DNA of 64,000 bases from a virus (taxonomy: Duplodnaviria > Caudoviricetes), in the IMG/VR virus record IMGVR_UViG_3300011423_000006, positions 60,303 to 124,302 of that record. One strand, written 5' to 3'. The notes under the pieces were generated by a model that was not told the origin of the DNA, made no database searches, and saw nothing but the letters and a program-made list of their open reading frames with translations. Of the stretch, positions 36,098 through 45,636 are shown piece after piece. Within the stretch, counting starts at the first letter, position 1; each line of letters begins with the position of its first letter. The position numbers and the translations under genes are program-made.

Positions 36098-38046
36098 ATT
36101 TTAGTTGCGAATAAAATTCCTTCGTGATCGTGTATTGATCCTTCTTGTTGAGTAGATTGTTTTCGAAAGGTGACTTTAAAACCATGTTGGTATAATTTCC
36201 CGGCGACAATAGCAATTTCTCCATTTTGGCCAAAATGAAATTCTAAAATAATTTGTTGGATTTGGCTTAAATCGTGAGCATCAAAATTTTGAAATATAGC
36301 GTATTCATGTCCTTCTATGTCCATTTTTAATAAAGATACTTCTTTGATTTCTAGTATCCTTATCATATCCTTCCAAGTAATAGTGGCGACTTCGGTTTTA
36401 CCGTAATTATAATTTAAAGTCGGAAAATTATTAATGAACCGGCTAATAGTTGTGTTTTCGTCAGTAAAATAAATATCTCGCGTTCCCGAGGCAGTATCTA
36501 AAGCCATATTTAAAGGCGTAATTCTTTGATCGTCGGAACATAAATTACTTAAATTATCATATGCTTTTTGAATTGGCTCTAGAGCATAGATTTTTTTAGG
36601 ATTTTTGGTAGCAATGTATTTAGTGAATAACCCCACACTTGCTCCGATATCTACTACGGTATTTAGGTTGGAAAAATCAATAATAGAGTTTTCGTAAACT
36701 TTAATATCAAAAAACTCCCGATAATTAATATACGCACAGTCAAAAGGACTTAGATTTAATTTAGTTTTCTCTTGCGGCGGTTTTAATCGAAAGGTTTTAC
36801 TTAAAAGTAATTTTTTGTTTTCATCGTAGAATTCTATTAAAAATCCGTTACAAAAACGGTCTTCGGCAAAATTATGGCCATTGATAGGAACACACCAAAC
36901 ATTTCCTCCTGTCCATAAATTAATATCCTGCCAAAAGTAAATGGGAATTTCTGAATCGATTTCTTTGATAACACAATATTTAAAAAAAAGATTTTGAGAA
37001 TAACTAGAATGAATTAAAATTTTATTTGATTCGGGCTCATATTGCACCGATAGATAAGCATCTAAAATAGAAGTAATGGGTGATTTTTTAGTTTCGAGAC
37101 TCAATAATTCAACAATTTTCGAAGAATCTTGATCTATATTACCAGTTAAAAAAGAAATGTCTCGCACGTTATTATATTTTCCTAAATAAACATCTAAATT
37201 ATACATTAATAATGGAATTTGGTTCTCTAAAGATTCTTTGATAATCAAGGGATTTAATTCTTTGTCTCCAACGCATCCCTCCGAAGGAAATAGACTTAAA
37301 TCTCCTGCTTGCAAAAAATCCTGAACATCGCTTCGTTCTCCCCATAAAATACAATTAGCTGGTTTTTGATCGATAATCGGCTTCCAATAATGAGCAAAGT
37401 TATCAGCCGTGTTCCCAATAAAATGAAACAAAACGTTATTATTCAAAAGTTTCTTAGCTAATCGGAACGCATATCCTTGGTTTTTTCTGGGAGTAAATAA
37501 TCCAACGATAACAATATGTTTTTGATTAAGGTCTAAACCTAGTTTTTTTCGGACGGCTTGTTTGTCAAAACGAATGCTTTCAATAGGAAACTCGACAACT
37601 TCGCAAGGAACGTCAAAATTAGCATATTGAATTTTACTGAATTGACACACGAAGATAAATTTATCAGGGAAAAAAACTTTATTAGCTACATTAAAATCTG
37701 ACGTATGAGTTGTTTCGAAAATTAAATAAGGACGCGGCGATGCATAAATTTGCGCGGCGGTTGCATAATCCATAAACATTTCTGGAATTTCCGCTAAATG
37801 AATGTAATCAGGACGAATGGTTTGAATTATTTTTAAAATTTGTGTTTTGTCTTCCCCTAAAGTATAAAAAGTAGTTGACAAAAGTTGACGAATTTTGTTC
37901 TTTTGAACAACAAAAGTATCGGAAATATTGGCCCACTCAACTAAATGAATATTAAAGAAGGGTTTTAAAGCCTCAATTTTTTTTAATAAATACTGCGGCA
38001 TTCCGCCAGTTGACAAATGGCTAGTTATGAATAAAATCGTTTTCAA
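36094..38046 (-). CDS. GT4 fused to an FkbM-family methyltransferase
   Basis: HLSTGGMPQ, VGLFTPRKNQ, ELNPLIIKE; VDIGASVGLF, ALEP, LKMDIEGHE, ILEFH; TTG start. Confidence 0.88.
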   Translation of the reverse strand: MKTILFITSHLSTGGMPQYLLKKIEALKPFFNIHLVEWANISDTFVVQKNKIRQLLSTTFYTLGEDKTQILKIIQTIRPDYIHLAEIPEMFMDYATAAQIYASPRPYLIFETTHTSDFNVANKVFFPDKFIFVCQFSKIQYANFDVPCEVVEFPIESIRFDKQAVRKKLGLDLNQKHIVIVGLFTPRKNQGYAFRLAKKLLNNNVLFHFIGNTADNFAHYWKPIIDQKPANCILWGERSDVQDFLQAGDLSLFPSEGCVGDKELNPLIIKESLENQIPLLMYNLDVYLGKYNNVRDISFLTGNIDQDSSKIVELLSLETKKSPITSILDAYLSVQYEPESNKILIHSSYSQNLFFKYCVIKEIDSEIPIYFWQDINLWTGGNVWCVPINGHNFAEDRFCNGFLIEFYDENKKLLLSKTFRLKPPQEKTKLNLSPFDCAYINYREFFDIKVYENSIIDFSNLNTVVDIGASVGLFTKYIATKNPKKIYALEPIQKAYDNLSNLCSDDQRITPLNMALDTASGTRDIYFTDENTTISRFINNFPTLNYNYGKTEVATITWKDMIRILEIKEVSLLKMDIEGHEYAIFQNFDAHDLSQIQQIILEFHFGQNGEIAIVAGKLYQHGFKVTFRKQSTQQEGSIHDHEGILFATKI

Positions 38047-38053
38047 CCTTATA

Positions 38054-38082
38054 ATTATAAGGGTTTTTCCGATAGAAATCTA
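38054..38082 (-). promoter_or_regulatory. sigma70-like promoter for the GT4-FkbM / GT4-BAHT pair
   Basis: TAGATT-N17-TATAAT-N7-TTG; the -10 box lies inside palindrome CCTTATAATTATAAGG (38047-38062). Confidence 0.55.
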
Positions 38083-38086
38083 ATTT

Positions 38087-41000
38087 TTATGTGCCTGTGG
38101 CGCAAACAGAAGCGACCCTAACTTTAATGCCATTGACATAAGAATTCCAAACTGTATAATGTTTGCCGCTTTCCAGTTCGTAATTGGCACTTATTAGAAC
38201 ATGATAACCCGTCGCATCTCCAGTTTTTAACTCAATTCCGGTAACGTAAAGTTTTTCTTTGCCGGATAAAGGCCCCCAAATTTCTGTTGGTCCGGGGCGG
38301 ATAATAAACTGATTTGGGGAAATGTAAGACCCCGCTTCGCTCATGATTTTAAGTTGAAATCCTCTTGCAATGTTTTCACTTACCATTGGGATAATTCCGC
38401 TTAATTGATAAACAGTTCCAACTAAATTAATAGAAAAACTAGTTGGATAATTATTAAAATAAAATCCTGTTATATCTCTAATTCCCGAACCGCTAATTTT
38501 AACCCAATTTCCGGTAATATCCTGCGTCGGGAAAAATCCTGACATATGTAGATTTTCAATATAAGTGAAATAATTAGTTGAAACAGTATTTCCGAAATTA
38601 GTATAAACATCAAATTGTCCCGAGCGTGGCGCATAATTAGCAGGAGGATAGAATGTGATTTGTGACAATCCGCTACTTGCCAAAGTGCAAAGACTACGAG
38701 TTGCCCCGGATAATAAATATACTCCGGTGGTTCTACTTAGACTAAATCCATTCAAAGTTACTAAAGTATTTTGATTGCCTCGGTCTGGAGTAAAAGAATC
38801 AATAGTTGGGGCGCTTTGTAATATATTGATATTTCCAGTGAGAGTTTGAGGGCCAACTCCAGATATCATTTGGGAACTTCTTAGACCCGCAACTGTTGTT
38901 GCCGTTGAATAAAATGAATTAACTAATAATAAAGCCCCGGTTCCGGCGAAATCAGTATTTAAAGTAAAAGTAAATACGGTAAAACCAGTCGAAGGACTAA
39001 CAATACCCGCTCCGCTAATTTGACTATAATTAACGGTGGCGGCACTATTAACAATATTCGCTAATATTCCATCTCCCGTTGCAAAAATAGCGGTAGACAA
39101 GGCGTGTCCTGCGTTAATTCCAGAAATTACAACCGTTGTTCCGGTTGTTGCACTCGCGGGCGCGAAAGCTCTAATTGTAGGTAACGGGTAAAAAGCTCCG
39201 GTTGTCCCGTTAAATAAACGCCCTAATCCGCTAATTAAAATTGGACCGTTTACAATTTCCCTTGGAACAGTAAATGTCGCCCCGGTGCCATTAATGACGC
39301 TCACGCTTCCTGCTTCTACATACCTTCCTGAATTGATATTTGGGAAGAAGAAGGTACAACCACTTAAATTATTACCCGAAATTCTGACGGTAGATTGATA
39401 AACGCCAGTATTCGGAGTGTAGGAATTAATAACTGGAGTAGGAATAATAGTAAAATTAGATGAACTAGTAATTGTTGCTCGATCTGTTCTAACTTTAATT
39501 GGTCCTGTTTTTGTGCCATTGGGAACGTTAATTCTAATTCCAGTACTACCGATAATCGAAAAACTAGATTCTCCTATTGAAATATCTCCGGTATTTCCCG
39601 AGAACAAAACATAATCTACATAATTAAAATTACTTCCCGAAATAGAAATTGTGTCTTGCCAATAGCCGCTTGTTGGAGTAAATAAACCAATAGTTGGATA
39701 CGCGCTTAATACTTCAAAAATTCCTGTAGAACGAACCGAGCCGCCATTATAATACAAAGAAATATAATCTGTATTTGCGCCCGTTGGAACGGTAGCAGTA
39801 ATGCCAGTACTTCCAATAATACTGAAAACAATCGCTTGCCCCGAACCAAAATATACGCCCGTAGTATTACTTAAATTTGATCCAGATATTGAAACAAAAT
39901 CGCCAAAAGCTCCCGAAGTAGGTCTGAATCCACTTATTCCCGGCGCTTGAATTAATCTTAAACCACTAATACCTGTTACCCAACCATATTGATTATATAA
40001 TATGATATCATTAAAACCCGTTCTAGCCGCAACCGGAATATAAAATTGAATTGAATCATGACCAGTTGGAATAGAGCCGGTTAATACAGTGGCTTCTACG
40101 CCCGTAGTATTAAAATAAATTCTAGAATCAGGATACAGATTTCTTCCTGTAAACGTAATTAAAGCTCCCACCGCTCCGCTACTAGGAGTAATATTATAAC
40201 GAATTGGAACGGTACGAATGAAAACTCCGCTATATCCTGTTGCGCTACCTTCTGGAGTAGTAATGACAGTGTGATAATATCCGCCCGTTCCTAGAGGATA
40301 TTGAAAAGCAATTACATCTCCTAGTTGACTTGTAGAAATTTGAGAAGTAGGAATGGTAAAAGTACCAGTCGTTCCTGATACCCGAACCGAAGATACTTCG
40401 AAAAAGTTAGTACCTTCTAATACTGCGTAACCAGAATAAAAACCAGTTTGAACACCGCTGCTTGTAATTGTTGGAGGGTGATGCCTTAATTTGAAAAAAC
40501 CAGTCGAAGCATATGGATTTAAATCAGGATCATATAAAAAGACCGCCCCGCTTTTAGCGTTATATGGAACCAAGCCCGTTAATCTTGTAGAATTAATTCG
40601 AATAAAATGACCCGTAACGTCGCCCCCTCCGAAACTAACTAAAAATGAATTAGTTGTATTTGGAATTTTATATAAAATATCTTCGTAAAAATTAAATCCT
40701 AAAATTTCAATCGCGCTTCCGGTGCGAGCACTACTAGGACTCAAGCCGGTAATTGTAATATATGCGCCGAAATCTGTAGTAGAAGAAACGCGCACGCCGC
40801 TTTGTCCTAATAAAGTAATACGGCCTCGAAAATTGCCAGTTGGTACTAATCCTGAAATGCCCGTATTTGTCAAAACTCTAAAAGTAGTTGTAAACGGGCT
40901 AACATTTGGTAAATTATTAAATAAAACTCCAGTTATGCCCGAAAATCCATAACCTTGAATAATAACTGTTTCACCCGTATTACCCGTAACAGGGGTAAAT

Positions 41001-42271
41001 CTTGTAATTCTTGGAATAGGAACGAAACTTTGTTGAGATAATCCCGAAATTCCTCTTTGACTTGATACTACCCAAATTTTTCCCCACGCGGCATTTAAAG
41101 GAACTGTAGCTTGAATCATAGTCGGAGACAAAACTTGAAAACTTGAGTCTACTCCGGTATTAAAAATAACTTGGCTAATACGATGATAATTACTGCCCGA
41201 TAATCGAACAGAACCACTAATTTCTCCCGTAATTGGGATAATCCCCGAAATAGTAATTGCATGATGGACGGGAACAAAGTTATTATTGCTGTAAACTGTG
41301 CCGCCATGATTGGTTACTGATACCAATCCGCTAATAGCGTCATCCGGCACAATGCCACTAACTTCCGTATCGCTTACCGGAATGACTGTTACACTAACCC
41401 CTCCAATATTAATCGATGAAATTTGACCCAAGTTTGTTCCTATGATTTGGAATCTTGAACCGGGAGACGCCGTTGGAGTAAAACTAATAATTGTAGGAGG
41501 ATTGTCTACATAATTTTGTTTAATATTGATTGTGGAACGAACAAAGTCTCCAACGGAAGTTCCGATGCTGCGTTGAAACAAAACCCCGCTCACGCCAAAA
41601 GATTCGTTGACCGCAACAATATCAGGATGGTTGAAATTAATATTAATTCCGGCTCGTTTTCCGCTTACTGGTAAATCGCCACTTAAATTATCAAAAGTGA
41701 TAGATGCGCTTAACTCCTTGGGGCCGTAAAATACTCGAAAGGGAATTAACTCGCCCGCCCGATACGAAGGCTGAATGTCGGCTCCAAAATTAAAAGATAA
41801 ATTTGTTATGTTGCTAATATTACCAATGTTTCCATTAGTTGGGTCCGAGACGGAGGCATAAGCGACATTCAAAAAATTTGCTTCGGGGGCAATTTCATAA
41901 GTAGGACGAAATTCTCCTTGTAGTTGATCGAAAAAGATAATATCAGCATTTACTACGGCTGTTTTATTTGGCAGGCAGTTTAAAATATATGATTTTAAAT
42001 AACCGCTATTGAAATAAAGCCCTCCAAAATTTCCTGAAATAACCCCTGCTTCATTAGTAATGAACGTTTTTAAAGGGTCGAAGCCGGTTAAGTAATAACT
42101 ACATGAAAATACTCCACCAATCCCTTCAGTGGGCGTATAAGTAAAGGAATGACGATTCTGAGACAAATATAAAGGAGAAACGCTGGCCTGAATATTAATT
42201 TGAGCGTCAGTAGCAACAACGCCGGAATTATTAATTAGAATTTTTGAATTTTTATAGGAATAGAAAGACAT
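38087..42271 (-). CDS. tail-tube-like N-terminal domain followed by about 11-12 IPT/TIG (Ig-like) repeats
   Basis: First ~250 aa align by eye with the 280/295/390-aa proteins; repeats of the form P.I.sFtP.sG..G..v.isG.Nf...V.F...I.a.VP. Confidence 0.75.
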   Translation of the reverse strand: MSFYSYKNSKILINNSGVVATDAQINIQASVSPLYLSQNRHSFTYTPTEGIGGVFSCSYYLTGFDPLKTFITNEAGVISGNFGGLYFNSGYLKSYILNCLPNKTAVVNADIIFFDQLQGEFRPTYEIAPEANFLNVAYASVSDPTNGNIGNISNITNLSFNFGADIQPSYRAGELIPFRVFYGPKELSASITFDNLSGDLPVSGKRAGININFNHPDIVAVNESFGVSGVLFQRSIGTSVGDFVRSTINIKQNYVDNPPTIISFTPTASPGSRFQIIGTNLGQISSINIGGVSVTVIPVSDTEVSGIVPDDAISGLVSVTNHGGTVYSNNNFVPVHHAITISGIIPITGEISGSVRLSGSNYHRISQVIFNTGVDSSFQVLSPTMIQATVPLNAAWGKIWVVSSQRGISGLSQQSFVPIPRITRFTPVTGNTGETVIIQGYGFSGITGVLFNNLPNVSPFTTTFRVLTNTGISGLVPTGNFRGRITLLGQSGVRVSSTTDFGAYITITGLSPSSARTGSAIEILGFNFYEDILYKIPNTTNSFLVSFGGGDVTGHFIRINSTRLTGLVPYNAKSGAVFLYDPDLNPYASTGFFKLRHHPPTITSSGVQTGFYSGYAVLEGTNFFEVSSVRVSGTTGTFTIPTSQISTSQLGDVIAFQYPLGTGGYYHTVITTPEGSATGYSGVFIRTVPIRYNITPSSGAVGALITFTGRNLYPDSRIYFNTTGVEATVLTGSIPTGHDSIQFYIPVAARTGFNDIILYNQYGWVTGISGLRLIQAPGISGFRPTSGAFGDFVSISGSNLSNTTGVYFGSGQAIVFSIIGSTGITATVPTGANTDYISLYYNGGSVRSTGIFEVLSAYPTIGLFTPTSGYWQDTISISGSNFNYVDYVLFSGNTGDISIGESSFSIIGSTGIRINVPNGTKTGPIKVRTDRATITSSSNFTIIPTPVINSYTPNTGVYQSTVRISGNNLSGCTFFFPNINSGRYVEAGSVSVINGTGATFTVPREIVNGPILISGLGRLFNGTTGAFYPLPTIRAFAPASATTGTTVVISGINAGHALSTAIFATGDGILANIVNSAATVNYSQISGAGIVSPSTGFTVFTFTLNTDFAGTGALLLVNSFYSTATTVAGLRSSQMISGVGPQTLTGNINILQSAPTIDSFTPDRGNQNTLVTLNGFSLSRTTGVYLLSGATRSLCTLASSGLSQITFYPPANYAPRSGQFDVYTNFGNTVSTNYFTYIENLHMSGFFPTQDITGNWVKISGSGIRDITGFYFNNYPTSFSINLVGTVYQLSGIIPMVSENIARGFQLKIMSEAGSYISPNQFIIRPGPTEIWGPLSGKEKLYVTGIELKTGDATGYHVLISANYELESGKHYTVWNSYVNGIKVRVASVCATGT

Positions 42272-42272
42272 A

Positions 42273-43115
42273 TTAATAAAATTTAGAGACTTCTACCGCC
42301 GTTTTCACAAAATCGTCCAGTTGGACGTTAATTTCAGATGTTTTAATGCGAGTTCCAGATAATGAAATAATCAAGGATGGAGAATTGACGCCCGTAGATG
42401 CAATATAATGATATGGTAACAAATTAATTTCATTGTCGTTGTTTTTTTGTAAAAAAGCTGTAGAAGATTCTCTACTTGCTTCTTCGCCGCTAAATTGAAT
42501 ATTATGAAAAACATCTCTGACAAATGACATACTTTCGGACATTTGCATAAGTTCGACTTGATTAGATAAAGAGTTCGCGACGGTAAAAACCGGGCTCCAG
42601 TCTATTTCTAAATTATAATTAAAATCATAAATAGGAACGGTTAAATAACTATTTCCCGATAGAATTTGAGTTGTCCATCCGTGAGCTAAAAATCCACTAA
42701 AATTACTAATAGAATTTTCTCCCGAAATACGGGCTCGTAAAACTCCTGAGAATGGTTTGTAAGTAGTAAAAGCAGCTTCAGCCTTGACTAATTGATTAGG
42801 AGCGCTTTTCAGACTATAACTTGTTAAATAGCAATTGAATCCAGTCACCCCACCAATTACGATGTTAATTCCATCATAACTTCCTGTTAAATTTTTAAAT
42901 GTATTGGTTAGGGGAAAAATCGGCTCTGATAACAAATTAATATAATAAGAAAAATTGACTGTTCCCTCGATCCCGTCTTCGGGGATTTGATTGAAAATCC
43001 CGCGCCGTCCTATTCCATAAACAGGTTGTATATTATTACGCGCCCGGATAGTGGCAGAATCCGCCAAAATACCCGAATTATTCACAGAAATATGACAAGC
43101 ATCAAAATAAACCAT
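42273..43115 (-). CDS. tail-tube-like protein (paralogue)
   Basis: QPVYGIG...GTVNFSYY...NCYLTSYSL pattern shared with the major tail protein. Confidence 0.6.
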   Translation of the reverse strand: MVYFDACHISVNNSGILADSATIRARNNIQPVYGIGRRGIFNQIPEDGIEGTVNFSYYINLLSEPIFPLTNTFKNLTGSYDGINIVIGGVTGFNCYLTSYSLKSAPNQLVKAEAAFTTYKPFSGVLRARISGENSISNFSGFLAHGWTTQILSGNSYLTVPIYDFNYNLEIDWSPVFTVANSLSNQVELMQMSESMSFVRDVFHNIQFSGEEASRESSTAFLQKNNDNEINLLPYHYIASTGVNSPSLIISLSGTRIKTSEINVQLDDFVKTAVEVSKFY

Positions 43116-43136
43116 TGACCTTTAACCTTTTTATAT

Positions 43137-43143
43137 ATTACAC
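43137..43143 (-). promoter_or_regulatory. GTGTAAT putative late promoter
   Basis: GTGTAATATATAAAAAGGTTAAAGGTCAATG. Confidence 0.6.
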
Positions 43144-44030
43144 TAACTTTGCCCCGCGCTTCCCGAATCTCCCGAGTTATAATATCCCTTGTAAACAGCC
43201 GATATAATTACCGGCCCTTCTGTTCCTGCTGTTTGTTGCTCCTGAACCAAAAAAAGATTTGGGAACGTATAATTTGTAATTAAACTATCGTCAGAATGTG
43301 AGCGTAAACTTAAAGAAATATTTTTTGTTTTGGGCTCGTAAGGAAATTTATGAACCTGATGGGGGACATAATCATTTACAACAAACTGAAACCCTAATAC
43401 AACTTCGATTGGATAATTGATTTCTACTTTAGTAGGTACGCGAATTCCTAAAGGATAGATTGCGTTTCTATTGATATTAATAGATAAATCATATGATAAC
43501 ACTCGATTTGTCGTAAAGTCATCTAAATTTAAAGTAATTGCACCGGGGCTTGTAATATTAGGGGATAAAACGGCGGACCCGCCAGTAATTGCAGCAAATT
43601 GGCCGGAAACCACTACCGATTCGGCGGCGGTAAGTCTTCCGACATTTCCGAACGCAACAAAATCTACGGAAATTTCTGGAATTTGTCCTATAGAACATCT
43701 TGAGTTATAAGATGTTAGATATCCGCTGACGAAAGAAAAATTTTCAGCATAATTATCACGGCTTTTAATTAAATATCCATTAAATCCGGTATTGCCCGTT
43801 AAAGAAAGAAAGGGGTCGCTTCCAAGAACTAATGTATTAATATTACATCCGGCGCTAGGAGTTCCATTAGGAACAAAAACCGGATTACCCATGCCAATGA
43901 ATTTTAAAGGCGAAGCATTTGATTCATAATTTACATTTATGCTTTGAATCCCAAAGATTTCCCGAGTATTTAAAAAGAACTTTTGTTGTTCCCTTCGAAT
44001 GTTTTCTTTGGTGATGAAATTGTTAGACAT
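43143..44030 (-). CDS. tail-tube-like protein (paralogue, possible baseplate tube protein)
   Basis: GIQSINVNY, GYLTSYNSRCSIGQIP, VLSYDLSININRNAIYPLG, NYPIEV match the major tail protein. Confidence 0.65.
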   Translation of the reverse strand: MSNNFITKENIRREQQKFFLNTREIFGIQSINVNYESNASPLKFIGMGNPVFVPNGTPSAGCNINTLVLGSDPFLSLTGNTGFNGYLIKSRDNYAENFSFVSGYLTSYNSRCSIGQIPEISVDFVAFGNVGRLTAAESVVVSGQFAAITGGSAVLSPNITSPGAITLNLDDFTTNRVLSYDLSININRNAIYPLGIRVPTKVEINYPIEVVLGFQFVVNDYVPHQVHKFPYEPKTKNISLSLRSHSDDSLITNYTFPNLFLVQEQQTAGTEGPVIISAVYKGYYNSGDSGSAGQS

Positions 44031-44038
44031 TTAAATAA

Positions 44039-44060
44039 ATTACACTCTTTTAGGTGTAAT
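44039..44060. promoter_or_regulatory. back-to-back divergent GTGTAAT motifs
   Basis: ATTACAC-tcttttag-GTGTAAT between divergent tail operons. Confidence 0.65.
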
Positions 44061-44080
44061 ATTTGATAGGTTTAAGGTTT

Positions 44081-44590
44081 ATGTCAATCTATAGTGTCAG
44101 TACATGGTCTAACGCTACCACATATAATATTCACGATATTGTCAAACATGGTAATTTTTATTACTATTCCGAGACGAACAGTAATTTAAACAATACGCCG
44201 AGCGAAAGTAGTAGTGCATGGGGCGGAACAAAAGTTTATAATGGCGCTGTTAAATCACATTTCATTTGGATTCCTAGTTATAACCATTCTATCAATATCG
44301 AGCCTAATGTCAAAGTAATGCAATACGGCGAGGGGTATGAACAAACTGTTCCTGATGGGATTAATAATACGTTGCTGAAAATTGAACTAACTTTTGATTT
44401 AAGAAACAAAGCCGAAGCACAAGCAATTAATCATTTTCTAGAAAAAAGAAAGGGTTCAGAATCTTTTGTTTTTGCCCCTTCTGAGCCTTATAATTTAGAT
44501 AAACTATTCAAATGTCGAGGATGGGCGTCTAATTTCTTGTTTTATGATAATTATTCGATCCGATGCCGTTTTGACGAAGTGCCTGTATAA
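44081..44590 (+). CDS. distal tail protein, lambda gpM-like, with an N-terminal CBM5/12-like module
   Basis: PNVKVMQYGEGYEQTVPDGINN, FLEKRKGSESFVF; N-terminal WSNATTYNIHDIVKHGNFYY; ATG 44081 preferred over TTG 44063. Confidence 0.8.
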   Translation: MSIYSVSTWSNATTYNIHDIVKHGNFYYYSETNSNLNNTPSESSSAWGGTKVYNGAVKSHFIWIPSYNHSINIEPNVKVMQYGEGYEQTVPDGINNTLLKIELTFDLRNKAEAQAINHFLEKRKGSESFVFAPSEPYNLDKLFKCRGWASNFLFYDNYSIRCRFDEVPV

Positions 44591-44592
44591 AT

Positions 44593-45636
44593 ATGTCTAT
44601 CTCTACTAGTCAAGCAGAAATTTCTTTAAAGAAAATCAATAATAGTTTAGCGTTGCTAAACCCTTCTAGTTTGATTGTTCTTTATGAAATAGATATTGAA
44701 ACGATTGCTTCCGACCAAGGATTAGTTTTAAATAATGACGACACAAAGATTTTCCGCTTTCATAATCATATAAAATTAACAACAAATAGTATTATTTTTC
44801 AAGGCAAAGAATTTATTGCGGCCCCGATTTTAGCTGAAGGATTTGAAATTAATGGACGGGGAACTTTACCTACTCCTAAATTAGCTATGACAGTAAATGA
44901 AGAAGGAATTGATTTTCTTAATTTGTTTAAAGACAGAATGAAAGTGTTGGGAGATTTGTCCGGGGCTAAAGTTTCAAGAATTAGAACTTTTGCTAAATAT
45001 TTAGATGCGATTAATTGGCCGGTTGATCAAATTCCTGAAGATTCAGAGCCCGATCCGTATGCTGAATTCCCTCGGGACGTTTATTACATAGATCGTAAAA
45101 GTAATGAAAATAAATTTACAATCGAATTTGAATTAGCTTCGGCATTAGATTTAGAAGGAATAAAATTACCGGCGCGAATGATTTACGCAAAAAGATGCAG
45201 TTTTGTTTATAGAGGGGAAGGATGTTGTTACGAATACGCCTCTAGACACAACGAAGATATACATGGGGAAGCAAGTTTGCCAGCGTTTGCGCCTCCTGTG
45301 GCTAATGACCGGGACGAAAAAGCCACGACTGTTTTAGGGATTCGCCGTTTCCGAGAGCCAGAAGTTTACAACGCGAGCAAACTTAGTTCGTATGTCGCCG
45401 GAAGTTCGGTTTTCCTTACCAAAAACGGTATAAACTATTATTTTCTATCTAAAGTAAACGCGCCTCCTTCCGGGCCTCCTGATACAAGGTATTGGTTTGC
45501 AGATAATTGCAGCAAATCTTTAATTGGTTGCCGATTGCGATTCGGAAACACCGGGGCGGTAGGAGTGGGTAATTCGGGATTAACAAAAGGTCAATTGCCC
45601 TACGGTGGATTCGCGGCGGCAGACAAAATACGCTAA
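44593..45636 (+). CDS. minor tail protein, lambda gpL-like
   Basis: PILAEGFE, LPTPKL, RIRTFAKYLD, EFELASALD, C-x3-YRGEGC...CSKSLIGCRLRF. Confidence 0.92.
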   Translation: MSISTSQAEISLKKINNSLALLNPSSLIVLYEIDIETIASDQGLVLNNDDTKIFRFHNHIKLTTNSIIFQGKEFIAAPILAEGFEINGRGTLPTPKLAMTVNEEGIDFLNLFKDRMKVLGDLSGAKVSRIRTFAKYLDAINWPVDQIPEDSEPDPYAEFPRDVYYIDRKSNENKFTIEFELASALDLEGIKLPARMIYAKRCSFVYRGEGCCYEYASRHNEDIHGEASLPAFAPPVANDRDEKATTVLGIRRFREPEVYNASKLSSYVAGSSVFLTKNGINYYFLSKVNAPPSGPPDTRYWFADNCSKSLIGCRLRFGNTGAVGVGNSGLTKGQLPYGGFAAADKIR

